Shown: one piece after another, positions 1 to 10,443 of the stretch | How positions within the stretch are numbered: position 1 is the first letter of the stretch | How the letters are laid out: every line of letters begins with the position of its first letter | DNA from: Candidatus Latescibacterota bacterium | Lineage (GTDB): Bacteria; Krumholzibacteriota; Krumholzibacteriia; WVZY01; JAKEHA01 | Assembly (NCBI GenBank): GCA_963707635.1 | Contig: OY970173.1 | Span: 2,112,001 to 2,176,000 of the forward strand | Length of the DNA: 64,000 nucleotides | Reading direction: 5' to 3' | The notes under the pieces: model-generated | The model's input: the letters and a program-made list of their open reading frames with translations, nothing else | The model's database searches: none | Told to the model about the DNA's origin: nothing | Made by a program: the position numbers and the translations under genes

Positions 1-1128
1 CGCGATGACCAGCTTCTGTATTTCCGACGTGCCTTCGTAGATGCGCAGCGGCCGGATTTCGCGATACAGCTCTTCCAGGATTGAGCCGGCGACAACGCCG
101 CGGGCGCCGAGAATCTGGACCGCGTCGTCGATCACGCGTTGCGCGCCTTCGGTGGCCGCGTACTTGGCCATCGCCGCCTCACGCGTCACCCGTCCCTCGC
201 ATTCGTCCCGTGTCCAGGCCGCGCGGTACACGAGCAGCGCCGACGAGTCGATAATCATGGCCATGTCGGCGAGTTTCTCCTGGATGAGCTGCAACTCGGC
301 GAGCGCGGACCCGAAGGCCCGGTGCCGTGTGGCGTGCGAAAGCGCCTCGGCGAACGCCCGGCGGGCGAACCCGAGGGCGGCGGCGCCGACGGTGGCGCGA
401 AACACGTCGAGGGTGCCGAGGGCGACCGCCATCCCCCGCCCCGGTTCTCCCACCATCCGGGAGGCGGGCACGCGACAGGCCTCCAGCCGCACGCGTCCGA
501 GCGGATGCGGCGCGATGATTTCGATCGGCGTGGTCGACAGCCCCGCCGTGTCCGCGTCCACCACGAAGGCCGACAGCCCCTTGCTGCCGCTGCCCTCGCC
601 GGTGCGCGCGAACACGACGTAGAAGTCGGCGATGCCAGCGTTCGATATCCACGTCTTCTCGCCGTCGATCACATAGTGCGAGCCGTCCCGGCGCGCGGTC
701 GTCTCGACGGCGCCGAGGTCGGAACCGGCGCTGGCTTCGGAGATCGCGAAGGCGGCGATCGCCTCTCCCGCGGCCGCGCGGGCGGCGTGGGAGGCCCGCA
801 GCGCCGGCGACCCGAAGAGGGCGATCGGGCCGGTGCCCAGCCCCTGCATGGCGAACGCGAAGTCGGCGAGTCCCCACGCCTCCGCCAGCGACTCGCGGGC
901 GATGCACGCGGCGCGCACGTCGACACGGGCCGGCGGTTCAAGGGAAAGCACGCGCGCGACCACCCCGTGGCGCCCCAGCGACGACACCAGCGCCCGGCAA
1001 CGCGCGCCGGCGCCGGAGAGCGCGCGAATCGCCGGCAACTCGCGCTCGCACCAGGCGCGGATATCGGCGTGGAACGCACGGTGCGCGTCGGCGAAGAACG
1101 GCCAGTCCAGGTGAGAGCGCTCGCTCAT
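1..1128 (-). CDS. Acyl-CoA dehydrogenase (AbmD-like), 3' end beyond the window edge
   Basis: Not in the ORF track because no stop falls in the window. The ATG at 1128 overlaps the upstream TGA. Reads [16 protein letters not shown]..., with [21 protein letters not shown] and the C-terminal [22 protein letters not shown] motifs. Confidence 0.92.
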   Translation of the reverse strand, partial: MSERSHLDWPFFADAHRAFHADIRAWCERELPAIRALSGAGARCRALVSSLGRHGVVARVLSLEPPARVDVRAACIARESLAEAWGLADFAFAMQGLGTGPIALFGSPALRASHAARAAAGEAIAAFAISEASAGSDLGAVETTARRDGSHYVIDGEKTWISNAGIADFYVVFARTGEGSGSKGLSAFVVDADTAGLSTTPIEIIAPHPLGRVRLEACRVPASRMVGEPGRGMAVALGTLDVFRATVGAAALGFARRAFAEALSHATRHRAFGSALAELQLIQEKLADMAMIIDSSALLVYRAAWTRDECEGRVTREAAMAKYAATEGAQRVIDDAVQILGARGVVAGSILEELYREIRPLRIYEGTSEIQKLVIA

Positions 1129-1937
1129 CAGTCCCCCTTGAACTCCGGGGCACGGCCGTCCACGAACGCTTCGTAGGCCCGGCGAAAGTCGCGGGTGCGC
1201 ATGAGTACCGCCTGCTCCCGGGCCTCGTCCTGCACGGCGCGAACCAGGTCGAGGTTCCATTCGGCCACCAGCTGCCGCTTGGTGGCCCGGTGGGCGGCGA
1301 TCGGACCGTCGGCGATGGAACGGGCGAAGGCGTTGGCCTCTTCAGCCAGCCGGGGCGCTTCGCAGACCCGGTTGAAGAAGCCCCACTGCAGCGCTTCGTC
1401 GCCCGGCATGGTCCGGCCGGTGTAGAGCAGCTCCGCCGCGCGCCCGTGCCCGATGATCCGCGGCAGCATCGCGCACGCGCCCATGTCGCACCCCCCGAGC
1501 CCCACCTTGACGAAGAGGAAGGCGACGCGGCTGCGCGCCGTCCCGATTCGGATGTCCGAGGCCATGGCGATGGCGGCGCCGGCACCGACGCACACGCCGT
1601 CGACGGCGGCGACGATCACCTGGGAACAGGTCAGCATCGCGATCACGAGGTCCCCCGTCATGCGCGTGAACTCGTGGAGGCGCGCCTCGTCCATGCGCAC
1701 GAGCGCTCCGATGATCTCGTGCACGTCGCCCCCGGAGCAGAAATTGCCGCCCGCCCCGCCGAACACCACCGCGCGCACCTCCGGGGTCTCGCGCAGGCCG
1801 AGGAAGGTGTCGCGCAGCTCCGCGTACGCTTCGAACGTCAGCGGATTCTTCTTCGCCGGGCGGTCGAGCGTGATCGTGGCGACGCCGCGCTCGAACGTCC
1901 AGCGGAAATGAGAAGGGTCGAAACGAGTCGGGTCCAT
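1128..1937 (-). CDS. Enoyl-CoA hydratase/isomerase (crotonase family, AbmC-like)
   Basis: [11 protein letters not shown]...[30 protein letters not shown]. Start re-called to ATG 1937. Confidence 0.92.
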   Translation of the reverse strand: MDPTRFDPSHFRWTFERGVATITLDRPAKKNPLTFEAYAELRDTFLGLRETPEVRAVVFGGAGGNFCSGGDVHEIIGALVRMDEARLHEFTRMTGDLVIAMLTCSQVIVAAVDGVCVGAGAAIAMASDIRIGTARSRVAFLFVKVGLGGCDMGACAMLPRIIGHGRAAELLYTGRTMPGDEALQWGFFNRVCEAPRLAEEANAFARSIADGPIAAHRATKRQLVAEWNLDLVRAVQDEAREQAVLMRTRDFRRAYEAFVDGRAPEFKGD

Positions 1938-1945
1938 TCCTTCAC

Positions 1946-2740
1946 CTAGCCGAGCAGCGCGCCGCCGTCGACGACGATCGGTTCCCCGGTGACGGCGGCC
2001 TGCGCCGGGTCGCACAGCCACGCCACCGCGCCCGCCACCTCGTCGGGAGTGACCAGGCGCCCCTGCGGGTTGGCCGCGGCAAACAGCTGGCGGATTTCTG
2101 CCTCCGGCTTGCCGGTGCGCTCCGCGGCCCGCCGGACCGACTCGGCGAGGAGCTCCGTGTCGGTGTAGCCCGGGCACACCGCGTTGACCGTAATGCCGTC
2201 GCGCGCGGTCTCCAGGGCGAGCGAGCGCGTCAAGCCGACCAGCGCGTGTTTCGCGGCCGCGTACGCGGAGACGAATCGATAGCCCCGCAGGCCGGCGGTA
2301 CTGGCGATGTTCACGATGCGTCCTTCGCGGCGCGCGCTCATGGCCGGCAGCACGGCCCGGCTGCAGAATACCGCACCCATGAGATTCGCGTCGAGCATGC
2401 GTCGCCACAACCCATCGTCGCTGTCGAGGAACGCCGCGGATTCGGCCGCACCGGCGTTGTTGACCAGCGCGTACGGCGGGCCGATGGTTTCGACGGCGCG
2501 AAGGATGGCGCGGGAAACGGCCACCGCGTCGGTGACATCGGCGGGTGCGGCCAGCGCGCGCACGCCGAAACGGGACTCCAGCTCGCGCCGGGCCGCCTCC
2601 AGGCGCGAGGCGTCCCGGCCGAGCAGCGACACGTCGGCCCCCCTGCGCGCCAGTTCGCGCGCGATCGCCGCGCCGATACCGCGGCTGCCGCCGGTCACGA
2701 TCGCGTGGCGCCCCAGGAGGGGCGCCCCGGTTGCGTTCAC
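1946..2740 (-). CDS. SDR-family oxidoreductase (3-hydroxyacyl-CoA dehydrogenase-like, AbmB-like)
   Basis: TGGSRGIG, NNAG and YAAAK motifs. GAGGAGG RBS before the GTG. Confidence 0.92.
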   Translation of the reverse strand: MNATGAPLLGRHAIVTGGSRGIGAAIARELARRGADVSLLGRDASRLEAARRELESRFGVRALAAPADVTDAVAVSRAILRAVETIGPPYALVNNAGAAESAAFLDSDDGLWRRMLDANLMGAVFCSRAVLPAMSARREGRIVNIASTAGLRGYRFVSAYAAAKHALVGLTRSLALETARDGITVNAVCPGYTDTELLAESVRRAAERTGKPEAEIRQLFAAANPQGRLVTPDEVAGAVAWLCDPAQAAVTGEPIVVDGGALLG

Positions 2741-2756
2741 AGTTCCTCCTCGGAGG

Positions 2757-5039
2757 TCAAATGGGCCCGGTGGCCTCGCGCGCGCGTCGCGCGAGCGTCT
2801 CCAACTGCCGGCGCGCGGAGCGGTACTGGGGCGGCCATCCCACTCCGTCGTACCCCGCTTCCGCCGCCGCGCGCAGCGTCCACATCGGGTCCCACAGGTG
2901 CGGCCGCGCGAGCAGACACACGTCCGCGCGCCCGGCGGCGATGATGCTGTTCACCTGGTCGGGCTCGGTGATGTTACCGACGGCGAGGGTCGCCAGGCCG
3001 ATCTCCAGGCGGATTCGCTCCGCGTACGGCACCTGAAACATGCGCCCGTACACGGCGTGCTGGTCGGGGGAGACCTGCCCGGTGGACACGTCGATGAAGT
3101 CCGCCCCGTGCGACTTGAACGCGCGCGCGATATCGACGCTGTCGTCGAGCGTGATCCCGCCCGCGACCCAATCGGTCGCCGAGATGCGCACGCCGGCCGG
3201 AAGATCCGCGGGCCAGACCGCGCGCACCGCGTCGAACACTTCCAGTGGAAAGCGGAGCCGGTTCTCGAGCGATCCCCCGAACGCGTCGCTCCTTCGATTC
3301 GTCACCGGCGAGAGGAAACTCGACAGCAGGTAGCCGTGGGCGCAATGGAGCTCGACCGCGTCGAAGCCGGCGCGCACTCCGCGCGCGGCGGCGGCGGCGA
3401 ACTCGTCGCGCACGCGCTCCATGTCACCGCGCGTCATCTCGCGCGGAATCTGGTTCTGGTCGGACCAGGGAATCGCGGACGGACCCACCACGGTCCAGTT
3501 CCCGTCGGGGAGCGGAAGGTTTTCCCCTTCCCAGAGCACCCGGGTGGAACCTTTCCGCCCCGAGTGGCCGAGCTGCAGGGCGAACCTGGCCGCGCTGTTT
3601 TCATGCACGAAGTCGACCACCCGCTTCCAGGCGATCGCATGCGCGTCCTGGTAGAGGCCCGCGCACCGCGGTGAGATGCGCGCCTCGGGCGAGACACAGG
3701 TCATCTCGGTGAAAATCAAACCTGCCCCGCCCAGCGCCCGGGCACCGAAATGCACGAGGTGGAAATCGCCGACCGCTCCGTCGACCGCGCTGTACATGGC
3801 CATGGGCGACACCGCGACCCGATTGGCGAGCTCGAGTCCGCGGAGGCGAAACGGGAGGAACATGGGGCGCACGCCCGCGCGCTCGCCGGTGGTCCTGGCG
3901 CACAACCAGCGCTCGTAGGACTCGAGGTAGCCGGCGTCCCGGGCGCGCAGGCTCTCGTGGCTCACGCGCTGGCTGCGGGTAATGAGGCTGTACGCGAACT
4001 GTTCCGGCTCCAGGTTCGCCTTCAGCCCGACCTGTTCGAACCACTCCGTGCTGTTGCGCGCCGCGTTCTGGAGCCGGACCACCTCGACGCGCCGCTCGTC
4101 CTCATAGCATTGCAGCTTGTCCGCCAGTTCGCCTTCCCCGTGGAGGTGCTCGGCCAGGGCGATGGCGCTCTCCATCGCGAGTTTCGTTCCCGACCCCACC
4201 GAGAAGTGCGCGGTGGCGGCTGCGTCGCCCAGAAGCACGAGGTTGCGGTGGTGCCAACGCGCGCAGGACACGCGCGGAAAATTCAGCCACGCGTCGGAAC
4301 CGCGCAGGTGCTCCGCGTTGGACACGAGCCGGTGGTCGCCCAGGTGCCGCGCGAAGAGCCGCTCGCAGAACGCGATGCTGCTCTTCTGCGACGGGTGGTC
4401 GAGGCCGTCCGCCTTCCACACCGATTCCGGGCACTCCACGATGAAGGTGCTCCATCCCTCCGCGAACGGGTAGCAATGGGCCTGGTACCACCCATGCTCG
4501 GTCTTTTCGAAGTAAAAGGTGAAGGCGTCGAACGGCTTGCGCGTCCCCAGCCAGACGTATTTGCAGCGGCGGACGTCGATCTCGGGTTCGAACACATCGG
4601 CATGGCGCCGCCGGGTCGCGCTATTGACGCCGTCCGCGGCGACGACGAGGTCCGCATCCGCGAACGAGGATTCGTCGGGGAGTTCGGTCGCGAACGCGAG
4701 CTCGACGCCAAGGCCTTCCGCCCGCGCGGCGAGAACGTCCAGGAGCGCCTGGCGCGCGATCCCGCAGAACCCGTGGCCCCCCGATCGGATCACGGTGTCG
4801 CGATAGAACACGTCGATCGCGTCCCAGTGCACGAAGCGGCGGGTGATGTGCTCGTACGTGTCCGCATCCGCGTGGCGGAGTCGGTCCAGCGTCCCGTCGG
4901 AGAACACGACGCCCCAGCCGAACGTGCTTCCGCGACGATTTCGCTCCGCCACGACGATTCGGTGCGACGGATCCCGGAGCTTCATCTGTATGGCGAAGTA
5001 GAGCCCGGCCGGCCCGCCGCCGATGATGGCTACCTTCAT
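2757..5039 (-). CDS. abmA: Bifunctional anthraniloyl-/salicylyl-CoA monooxygenase-reductase (FAD monooxygenase + old-yellow-enzyme domain)
   Basis: N-terminal [37 protein letters not shown]-terminal OYE domain ([35 protein letters not shown]). Gene order matches the abm cluster. Confidence 0.9.
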   Translation of the reverse strand: MKVAIIGGGPAGLYFAIQMKLRDPSHRIVVAERNRRGSTFGWGVVFSDGTLDRLRHADADTYEHITRRFVHWDAIDVFYRDTVIRSGGHGFCGIARQALLDVLAARAEGLGVELAFATELPDESSFADADLVVAADGVNSATRRRHADVFEPEIDVRRCKYVWLGTRKPFDAFTFYFEKTEHGWYQAHCYPFAEGWSTFIVECPESVWKADGLDHPSQKSSIAFCERLFARHLGDHRLVSNAEHLRGSDAWLNFPRVSCARWHHRNLVLLGDAAATAHFSVGSGTKLAMESAIALAEHLHGEGELADKLQCYEDERRVEVVRLQNAARNSTEWFEQVGLKANLEPEQFAYSLITRSQRVSHESLRARDAGYLESYERWLCARTTGERAGVRPMFLPFRLRGLELANRVAVSPMAMYSAVDGAVGDFHLVHFGARALGGAGLIFTEMTCVSPEARISPRCAGLYQDAHAIAWKRVVDFVHENSAARFALQLGHSGRKGSTRVLWEGENLPLPDGNWTVVGPSAIPWSDQNQIPREMTRGDMERVRDEFAAAAARGVRAGFDAVELHCAHGYLLSSFLSPVTNRRSDAFGGSLENRLRFPLEVFDAVRAVWPADLPAGVRISATDWVAGGITLDDSVDIARAFKSHGADFIDVSTGQVSPDQHAVYGRMFQVPYAERIRLEIGLATLAVGNITEPDQVNSIIAAGRADVCLLARPHLWDPMWTLRAAAEAGYDGVGWPPQYRSARRQLETLARRAREATGPI

Positions 5040-5188
5040 ATCGCGGCCGATTGTCGCAAATATCGCACGCGGCGGAAACGACTACCTCGCGCGATTCGCG
5101 GCCAAAGGACGGAGGGTCCGGCGGATGCGTCCTGTCGCCGCGAACCCTCTCCCGAGGTCCGGCTCACTCCCAGGGGGTCCAAAGCGGT

Positions 5189-5194
5189 TATAAT
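5189..5194 (+). promoter_or_regulatory. Candidate sigma70 -10 box for the 5220 gene
   Basis: Perfect TATAAT in a GC-rich intergenic region, 25 nt before ATG 5220. No clear -35. Confidence 0.5.
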
Positions 5195-5219
5195 GCACGG
5201 CGACCCTCAACAGGCGACC

Positions 5220-7235
5220 ATGGATCCCTCCGAACCCTCAATTCGCCCGCCGCGCCGAAGCTCGCGCGCGCGAGCCGGCCTGCTCGTCGGCGTCGCCGCT
5301 CTGCTCCTCTTCGGCAGTACGCTCGACATTTCCCCGCTTCGAGAGCACCTGGCGTTGCGCGCGCTCCTGCTGCTCGCGGGTCTCATCCCGGCCGGGTGGT
5401 TCTTGCTTTCCGTAATCCCCCACGGGCGCATCGACGAATCGAACCGCCGCCGCTTCCTGCTCGCGGTTTTCGGGATCCACCTGGTGGCGACGCTGTACGT
5501 CTTTCCTCCCGGCGCCGTGTTCGATCGGCGTCCGTTCGTCACCGTCGATCACGCCGTCCATTACACGCAGTGCGTGCGGGCGAAGAGCGCCTTCTGGAAG
5601 TCGCTGCGGATGAACTCGTACAGCCCGTACTTCATGGCGGGCTACCCGGCGGGGACCGTCTTCGACGTGGACATGAAAGGCGCGGAACTGTTCTGCACCG
5701 TGCTTCCTTTCTCAACCGCTTTGACGCTCAAGGCGTTCATCCTCGGCGCGTATCTGACCCTGGTGTTTACGATGGTCGCGGGGGCCCGGATGCTCGGTTT
5801 TCGAACCGAGGAGAGCGTTTTCGGCCTGCTGGTGTTCCTGGCCTACTGGCACTGGGGAAGGCCGTACGCCGGGGCGTTCCGCTTCGTGGGCATGTTCTCG
5901 TTCGTGTTCGCGTCCCACCTCTGCCTGCTCCTCGCCGGTCTCCTGCGCCGGTTTCTCCTCGGCACCCACCGGCGGACGTTTTTCGTCCTCGCCCCGCTCA
6001 CCTTTCTCGTCCACATCTCCGCGCTGGTGATCGCGGGCGCTCCGCTGGTCAGCGTCATGGCGACGGATCGAGCCCGGCTGCACCGCCGCAACGTGGAAGT
6101 CCTCCTGATGTGCGCGCTGCTCGTGCTCTTCGTGAATGTGCTGTGGCTCAAGCCGGTGATCGACTTCCTGCCCGACAAGACGCCGACGAAGGTGTACTAC
6201 CAGACCCGCGGGCTTGCGGACCTGGCAGCACTCCTGGCGCGGCCTACCGCCGTACTCGCGCTCGCGCTGCTCGGGCTCGCCGTGGTGGGTGCGTGGCGCC
6301 TGCGCCGCGAGCAGCGCGGCGCCGTGGGCGCGCCCTGCGTCGCCGCCACCTTGTTCCTGCTCCTGTGCGCGAGCTACGGCGTGTACATGCCGGGGGTCGA
6401 TCAGATGGAACCCGGGCGATTCCTGTTCTCCGCCCTCGTCTTCGCGGCACCGCTCGCGGGTGTCGGCACCGCCTGGCTGCTCGACGCTGTCCTCACCCGG
6501 CGGGCCGGGACGGAAATATCGGTCCGGCGCGTCCGCGCGCGCGCCGTCGCCATCGTCGCCCTGGCGCTCGCCGGTCTGCCGTTGGCCATGGTGGAAGCGA
6601 AGGCCTACTACCGCCACACGGTCCACGTGGATTTATCGGCGCGGGTCAACGTGCTGCGCGCCGCGATCGACGCGCACGCCCGGCCGGGCGCCCGCCTCAT
6701 GATCGAAGACGCCAGCGCGGAAACCTACGATGGAGCGCACCTGCCCGCGCTGCTCCCGCTCGAGACCGGCGTCGAGCAGATCGGCGGGCCGTATCCCCAC
6801 ACGCCGCTGCGGCACTACCGCACGTCGTTTACCAGCGAGTCGATTCTGGGCACGCCGCTCGCCGAGTGGAAAGCCGACGATCTGCGCGCGCGCCTGAATT
6901 TTCTCCGCGTCAAATGGATCGTGACCGCGACTCCGGCGACGGCGGCGGTCGTCGCGTCGCTGCCCGGTGTCGCGCGAGTGTGGACGGAGTCGGCCTACTC
7001 GCTCTGGGAGCTGCCCGACGCCGGCGTGTGGGAGCCTCGCATCACGAGCACCTTCGACCGCCTCGAGGTGGAGTTCTCGACACCGTCGAACGGAGCCGTG
7101 CTCCCCTACCACTGGGTCCACGGCCTGGAGGCAGACGCGCCGGCGGACATCGTCCCCGTGCTTCGCTACGACGACCCCGTTCCCTACATCTACGTCCGCC
7201 CGCGCGGACTCTCCCACGTCGTCATCACGTACTGA
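5220..7235 (+). CDS. Polytopic membrane protein, probable GT-C-fold glycosyltransferase (PTPS-related/YfhO-like)
   Basis: Many hydrophobic helices, an early loop motif DHAVHY...YFMAGYP and a soluble C-terminal domain. The 3750-5219 extension in the ORF track is an antisense shadow of abmA. Confidence 0.6.
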   Translation: MDPSEPSIRPPRRSSRARAGLLVGVAALLLFGSTLDISPLREHLALRALLLLAGLIPAGWFLLSVIPHGRIDESNRRRFLLAVFGIHLVATLYVFPPGAVFDRRPFVTVDHAVHYTQCVRAKSAFWKSLRMNSYSPYFMAGYPAGTVFDVDMKGAELFCTVLPFSTALTLKAFILGAYLTLVFTMVAGARMLGFRTEESVFGLLVFLAYWHWGRPYAGAFRFVGMFSFVFASHLCLLLAGLLRRFLLGTHRRTFFVLAPLTFLVHISALVIAGAPLVSVMATDRARLHRRNVEVLLMCALLVLFVNVLWLKPVIDFLPDKTPTKVYYQTRGLADLAALLARPTAVLALALLGLAVVGAWRLRREQRGAVGAPCVAATLFLLLCASYGVYMPGVDQMEPGRFLFSALVFAAPLAGVGTAWLLDAVLTRRAGTEISVRRVRARAVAIVALALAGLPLAMVEAKAYYRHTVHVDLSARVNVLRAAIDAHARPGARLMIEDASAETYDGAHLPALLPLETGVEQIGGPYPHTPLRHYRTSFTSESILGTPLAEWKADDLRARLNFLRVKWIVTATPATAAVVASLPGVARVWTESAYSLWELPDAGVWEPRITSTFDRLEVEFSTPSNGAVLPYHWVHGLEADAPADIVPVLRYDDPVPYIYVRPRGLSHVVITY

Positions 7236-7283
7236 GGCGAACTCGGCGGGCCGCAAAAGCGGGTCTTGTCGGGGAAGAGAGAA

Positions 7284-7358
7284 TGGAGGCGGCACCCGGA
7301 TTCGAACCGGGGATAACGGTTTTGCAGACCGTCGCCTTAGCCACTTGGCTATGCCGCC
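7284..7358 (-). tRNA. tRNA-Cys (GCA)
   Basis: Reverse complement GGCGGCATAGCCAAGTGGCTAAGGCGACGGTCTGCAAAACCGTTATCCCCGGTTCGAATCCGGGTGCCGCCTCCA forms a cloverleaf with U73 and encoded CCA. Confidence 0.97.
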
Positions 7359-7392
7359 TCCCGGCGACCTCGGGCGAGGCGCGGAAAAGAAA

Positions 7393-7467
7393 TGGAGCGG
7401 GAAACGGGATTCGAACCCGCGACATCCACCTTGGCAAGGTGGAGCTCTACCACTGAGCTATTCCCGC
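7393..7467 (-). tRNA. tRNA-Gly (GCC)
   Basis: Reverse complement GCGGGAATAGCTCAGTGGTAGAGCTCCACCTTGCCAAGGTGGATGTCGCGGGTTCGAATCCCGTTTCCCGCTCCA. Confidence 0.97.
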
Positions 7468-7492
7468 TCCGAAACCGATTGGCGTAGCGGCT

Positions 7493-7520
7493 ATTATAGT
7501 GTCCGGGCGTGGGTTGTCAA
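7493..7520 (-). promoter_or_regulatory. Consensus sigma70 promoter of the tRNA-Gly-Cys operon
   Basis: TTGACA-N16-TATAAT followed by a GC-rich discriminator, ~25 nt upstream of tRNA-Gly. Confidence 0.88.
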
Positions 7521-7537
7521 CCCGATCTTGGCCGGCG

Positions 7538-8074
7538 TCACGGGGTCTGCGCGCGTGCGACAACGACTTTCGAGGGCACGATCCACGCGTCGGCGTAGTC
7601 GGCCGCCCGAATCGTCGCGAGCGCCCTGTCCGCGTCCGCGCGGGTCACGAAGTCCCCCACGCGCACCTTGTAGACTCCGCCCTCGAGGTCGAGGTAGCCC
7701 GGGAGGCGGAGTCGCTGCGACGCCACCACCCGCGCGTTTTCCGCCACCTCGCGATCGGACGACGCGAAGACCTGCACCCGAAAGCCGTCCGCGGTCGTGT
7801 CGGCTGCGGCCGGTGCGCGTGTGCTGTCCACCGGGGGCGCTTCCGCCTCGCTCACGTCGATACTCTCCTGCGTCATCGGGATCTCTTCCACATCCGCCTC
7901 CGAGCGGCTGTCGGCGGGTGTTACCGGAGGAACCTGCCCTTCGCGCTTGAAGTCGTAGGGCGCGGCGTCGCTCGAGCGCGCCGTGGGAGCCTTGTGCGCG
8001 GTTGGAGCGGTAGATGCGCAGGCCCCGAGTGCGACGACGGCGACGCTGGCACATGCGATTCGACGCAGCAGCAT
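7538..8074 (-). CDS. SPOR-domain lipoprotein
   Basis: Lipobox VALGAC. C-terminal SPOR motifs GFRVQVFAS and YKVRVGDF...A..IV. ATG 8074 lies 7 nt after an extended -10 (TGcTATGGT). ATG 8086 is an alternative start. Confidence 0.85.
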   Translation of the reverse strand: MLLRRIACASVAVVALGACASTAPTAHKAPTARSSDAAPYDFKREGQVPPVTPADSRSEADVEEIPMTQESIDVSEAEAPPVDSTRAPAAADTTADGFRVQVFASSDREVAENARVVASQRLRLPGYLDLEGGVYKVRVGDFVTRADADRALATIRAADYADAWIVPSKVVVARAQTP

Positions 8075-8130
8075 GACGGTCACCATAGCACCGGCTTCGC
8101 AGGTTTCGGAAACAGAAATCGGCGCGCGCG

Positions 8131-9282
8131 TCACGGCATCCCCAGCACCCGGTAGTACTCGGCCTCCACCTGGTCGGTCACGAGATCCCAGTCGTACTCG
8201 GTCTCGAAGCGCGCCCGCGCCAGATTGCCCAGGGCGTCACGGGCCGCCGTATCATCCAGCAGTTGTTGAAGAACATTTGCCAAGGCCATGACGTCACCGC
8301 ACTTGAAGTACCTCGCCGCGGGCCCTCCGACCTCGGCGTTCTCCGGGATGTCGCTTAAGACGAGCGGGCGCGCGTGGGCCATGGCCTCGCACACGGTGAT
8401 GGGAAGGCCCTCCACGCGCGATGCCAGCACGTAGAGACGCGCGCCGGCGTAGAGCGCCTCCAGCGGTTCGCCAAATACGTCGCCGGTGAACACCACGCGC
8501 TCCCCTGCCAGGCGCTCGAGCGTGTCGGTATACGACGAGCGCGGCCGTTCCGACCCGACGATTACCAGACGAAGCGTCGTGGGCACCTGCTGAAAGGCCT
8601 CGATCAAGGTATCGAGCTCGCGATCGGGGATGATCCGCCCGACGGTGAGAACATAGTCGCCGGGCCGCAACCTCCAGCGCTCGAGCAGCGACAGATCCGC
8701 GGGCATGCGGCGCCGCGTGGCGCCGTTGGGAATGTAGCGGGCCTCGACTCCGTGGGCGTGCTGGATGTGTGCCTGCATCAGGCGTGACACGGCGATGACC
8801 GAGTCGCTTCGTCGCGCCCCCGTACGCTCGCCGCGCTTGAGGAACACTTTCGCCGATCGGCCCCACTTGACCTGGCGCCAGTCCAGGGCGTGGAACGTCG
8901 AGACCACACGGCGGCCGAACAGCCCCGCCACGGGCGCGAAGGCAGCGGGGCCGATGCCGTGCAGGTGGATGATATCGAGATCGTGCCGGAACGACGCTTC
9001 CAGCGCGCACCAGAGCGCGTGGGTGGCGGCGTCGAGGTGCTTGGTGGGAATGCTGGGGCGAAAGACGACGCGCACGCCCCGGTAGGTCGCCTCGCGTCGA
9101 GCCTCAACGTATCCGGGCGGCGCCTGGGCAGGATCGATCCGCAGCCGCGACCGGCAGAACACGCGCACGTCGTGCCCGCGCTCCGCCAGCCGGGCGGAGA
9201 TGTTCTCCACGTGGGTCTCGACTCCGCCGTAGCGAGCGGGGATGCCCTTCTGTCCAATCATGGCGACGCGCAGCGCGCGCAT
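8131..9282 (-). CDS. Glycosyltransferase family 4
   Basis: IGQKGIPARYGGVETHV, and SRVEGLPITVCEAMA (EX7E motif). Confidence 0.92.
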   Translation of the reverse strand: MRALRVAMIGQKGIPARYGGVETHVENISARLAERGHDVRVFCRSRLRIDPAQAPPGYVEARREATYRGVRVVFRPSIPTKHLDAATHALWCALEASFRHDLDIIHLHGIGPAAFAPVAGLFGRRVVSTFHALDWRQVKWGRSAKVFLKRGERTGARRSDSVIAVSRLMQAHIQHAHGVEARYIPNGATRRRMPADLSLLERWRLRPGDYVLTVGRIIPDRELDTLIEAFQQVPTTLRLVIVGSERPRSSYTDTLERLAGERVVFTGDVFGEPLEALYAGARLYVLASRVEGLPITVCEAMAHARPLVLSDIPENAEVGGPAARYFKCGDVMALANVLQQLLDDTAARDALGNLARARFETEYDWDLVTDQVEAEYYRVLGMP

Positions 9283-9404
9283 GCCGGTGCGACGCGTCAA
9301 GACCGCGCCTCCGGCGCGCGCCCCGCCGTGCGCAGCCCTTCAGACCGAAACCACTCGTGGGATGGGAAATCGACCACAACGACCGGCCGGCACTCGCGCC
9401 GACG

Positions 9405-10430
9405 CTAGTGGGAAAGGTGAGACTTGAGCTTCTCGCGGGCGATCCAGCCCAGCGCCTGCGGCAGGCTCTTCTTCAACTCCGAACGCGCCGTGCAAATCAT
9501 CCAGCATTGCTCGCACCCGGCGACTTCGCGCCGGACCGCCTCCGCCTGCTCCGATTCCCACACCGCTTCGAAGGAGCGTCCCTTCAGATCGCCCATCGGC
9601 GAGGGAATGGTCAGGCAAGGGTACACGACCCCCTCCGGCGCCAGGTAGAAGAAATCGATCGCGGCGCGGCAGGCCAGGATGCGGCGCTTTTCCTGATTGA
9701 ACACCAGCGTCCCCGACTCGAAGTAGGCGCGCAGCCAGCGCTTCGGGTGATAGCTCAACAGCTCGTGCTTCATCACGTACCCGAGCGCGTCGTAGAGCCG
9801 CTCATCGCTGACGTTCTGGTTTACCTGGGTCGAAAAATAGATCTCGGAGTTCTGCGCCACCGCGGTGGTGAACTGAAATCCCATCTCGCCCGCGTAGTCG
9901 TAGACGGCGCGCATCTCGTGCACGTTCTCGTTCATGGCCGTGAAACCGATGCGCACGTTGGTGAACCCGCGCTGCTTGAGCTGCTGCAGCGTCGCGCTCG
10001 CGTTCTCCCACGCGTGGGCGACCCCGCGGATGCGATTGTGGGTCTCGCCGATGCCGTCGAGCGAGACGCCGACGCCGATGTTCGGGATGGTCTTGCGCAG
10101 CTCCTCCATCGCGGCGATGATCTGCGCCGTCCGAAAGCCGTTGGTCGAGATCACGATTCGTGGCCGGTGGCACTTCTGGTGGACGACCTTCACGATGTCG
10201 ACCACGTCCTTGCGCATGAAGGCTTCGCCGCCCGAGATATTGATGTCGCGCAGAGACTCGGGAACCTTGGCGTAGTCGTCGATCGACAGGTACTCCTGCG
10301 GTTTGAGCTGCCAGATGTTGCACATCTCGCAGCGCGCGTCGCACCGGTAGGTCAGCGCGATGATCGCGTCGGTCGGGCCCGGCGACGTGGCTCCGTTGGT
10401 TCCGGATATGGGTTTGTGGGTCGTGCTCAT
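9405..10430 (-). CDS. Radical SAM enzyme with a SPASM/Twitch-type auxiliary cluster domain
   Basis: CDARCEMC (CX3CX2C), SGGE, VSLDG. C-terminal C...GVVYPC...MGDL...CEQCWMIC. Confidence 0.9.
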   Translation of the reverse strand: MSTTHKPISGTNGATSPGPTDAIIALTYRCDARCEMCNIWQLKPQEYLSIDDYAKVPESLRDINISGGEAFMRKDVVDIVKVVHQKCHRPRIVISTNGFRTAQIIAAMEELRKTIPNIGVGVSLDGIGETHNRIRGVAHAWENASATLQQLKQRGFTNVRIGFTAMNENVHEMRAVYDYAGEMGFQFTTAVAQNSEIYFSTQVNQNVSDERLYDALGYVMKHELLSYHPKRWLRAYFESGTLVFNQEKRRILACRAAIDFFYLAPEGVVYPCLTIPSPMGDLKGRSFEAVWESEQAEAVRREVAGCEQCWMICTARSELKKSLPQALGWIAREKLKSHLSH

Positions 10431-10443
10431 CGATCCGTCGCCG

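Noticed and set aside
3750..5219. N-terminal 490 codons of the 1161-aa plus-strand ORF
   Set aside because: Antisense shadow of abmA. A TATAAT box and ATG 5220 mark the more plausible start.
7251..7262. CCGC-AAAA-GCGG hairpin between the membrane-protein gene and tRNA-Cys
   Set aside because: Only a 4-bp stem with no U-tract, too weak to call a terminator.
7236..7467. tRNA 3' ends as a genomic-island attachment site
   Set aside because: No integrase, no duplicated tRNA 3' fragment seen, and no obvious composition shift.
9283..9404. Possible RiPP precursor next to the radical SAM/SPASM gene
   Set aside because: No short ORF with an RBS or precursor-like composition, and the context is purely glycan biosynthesis.
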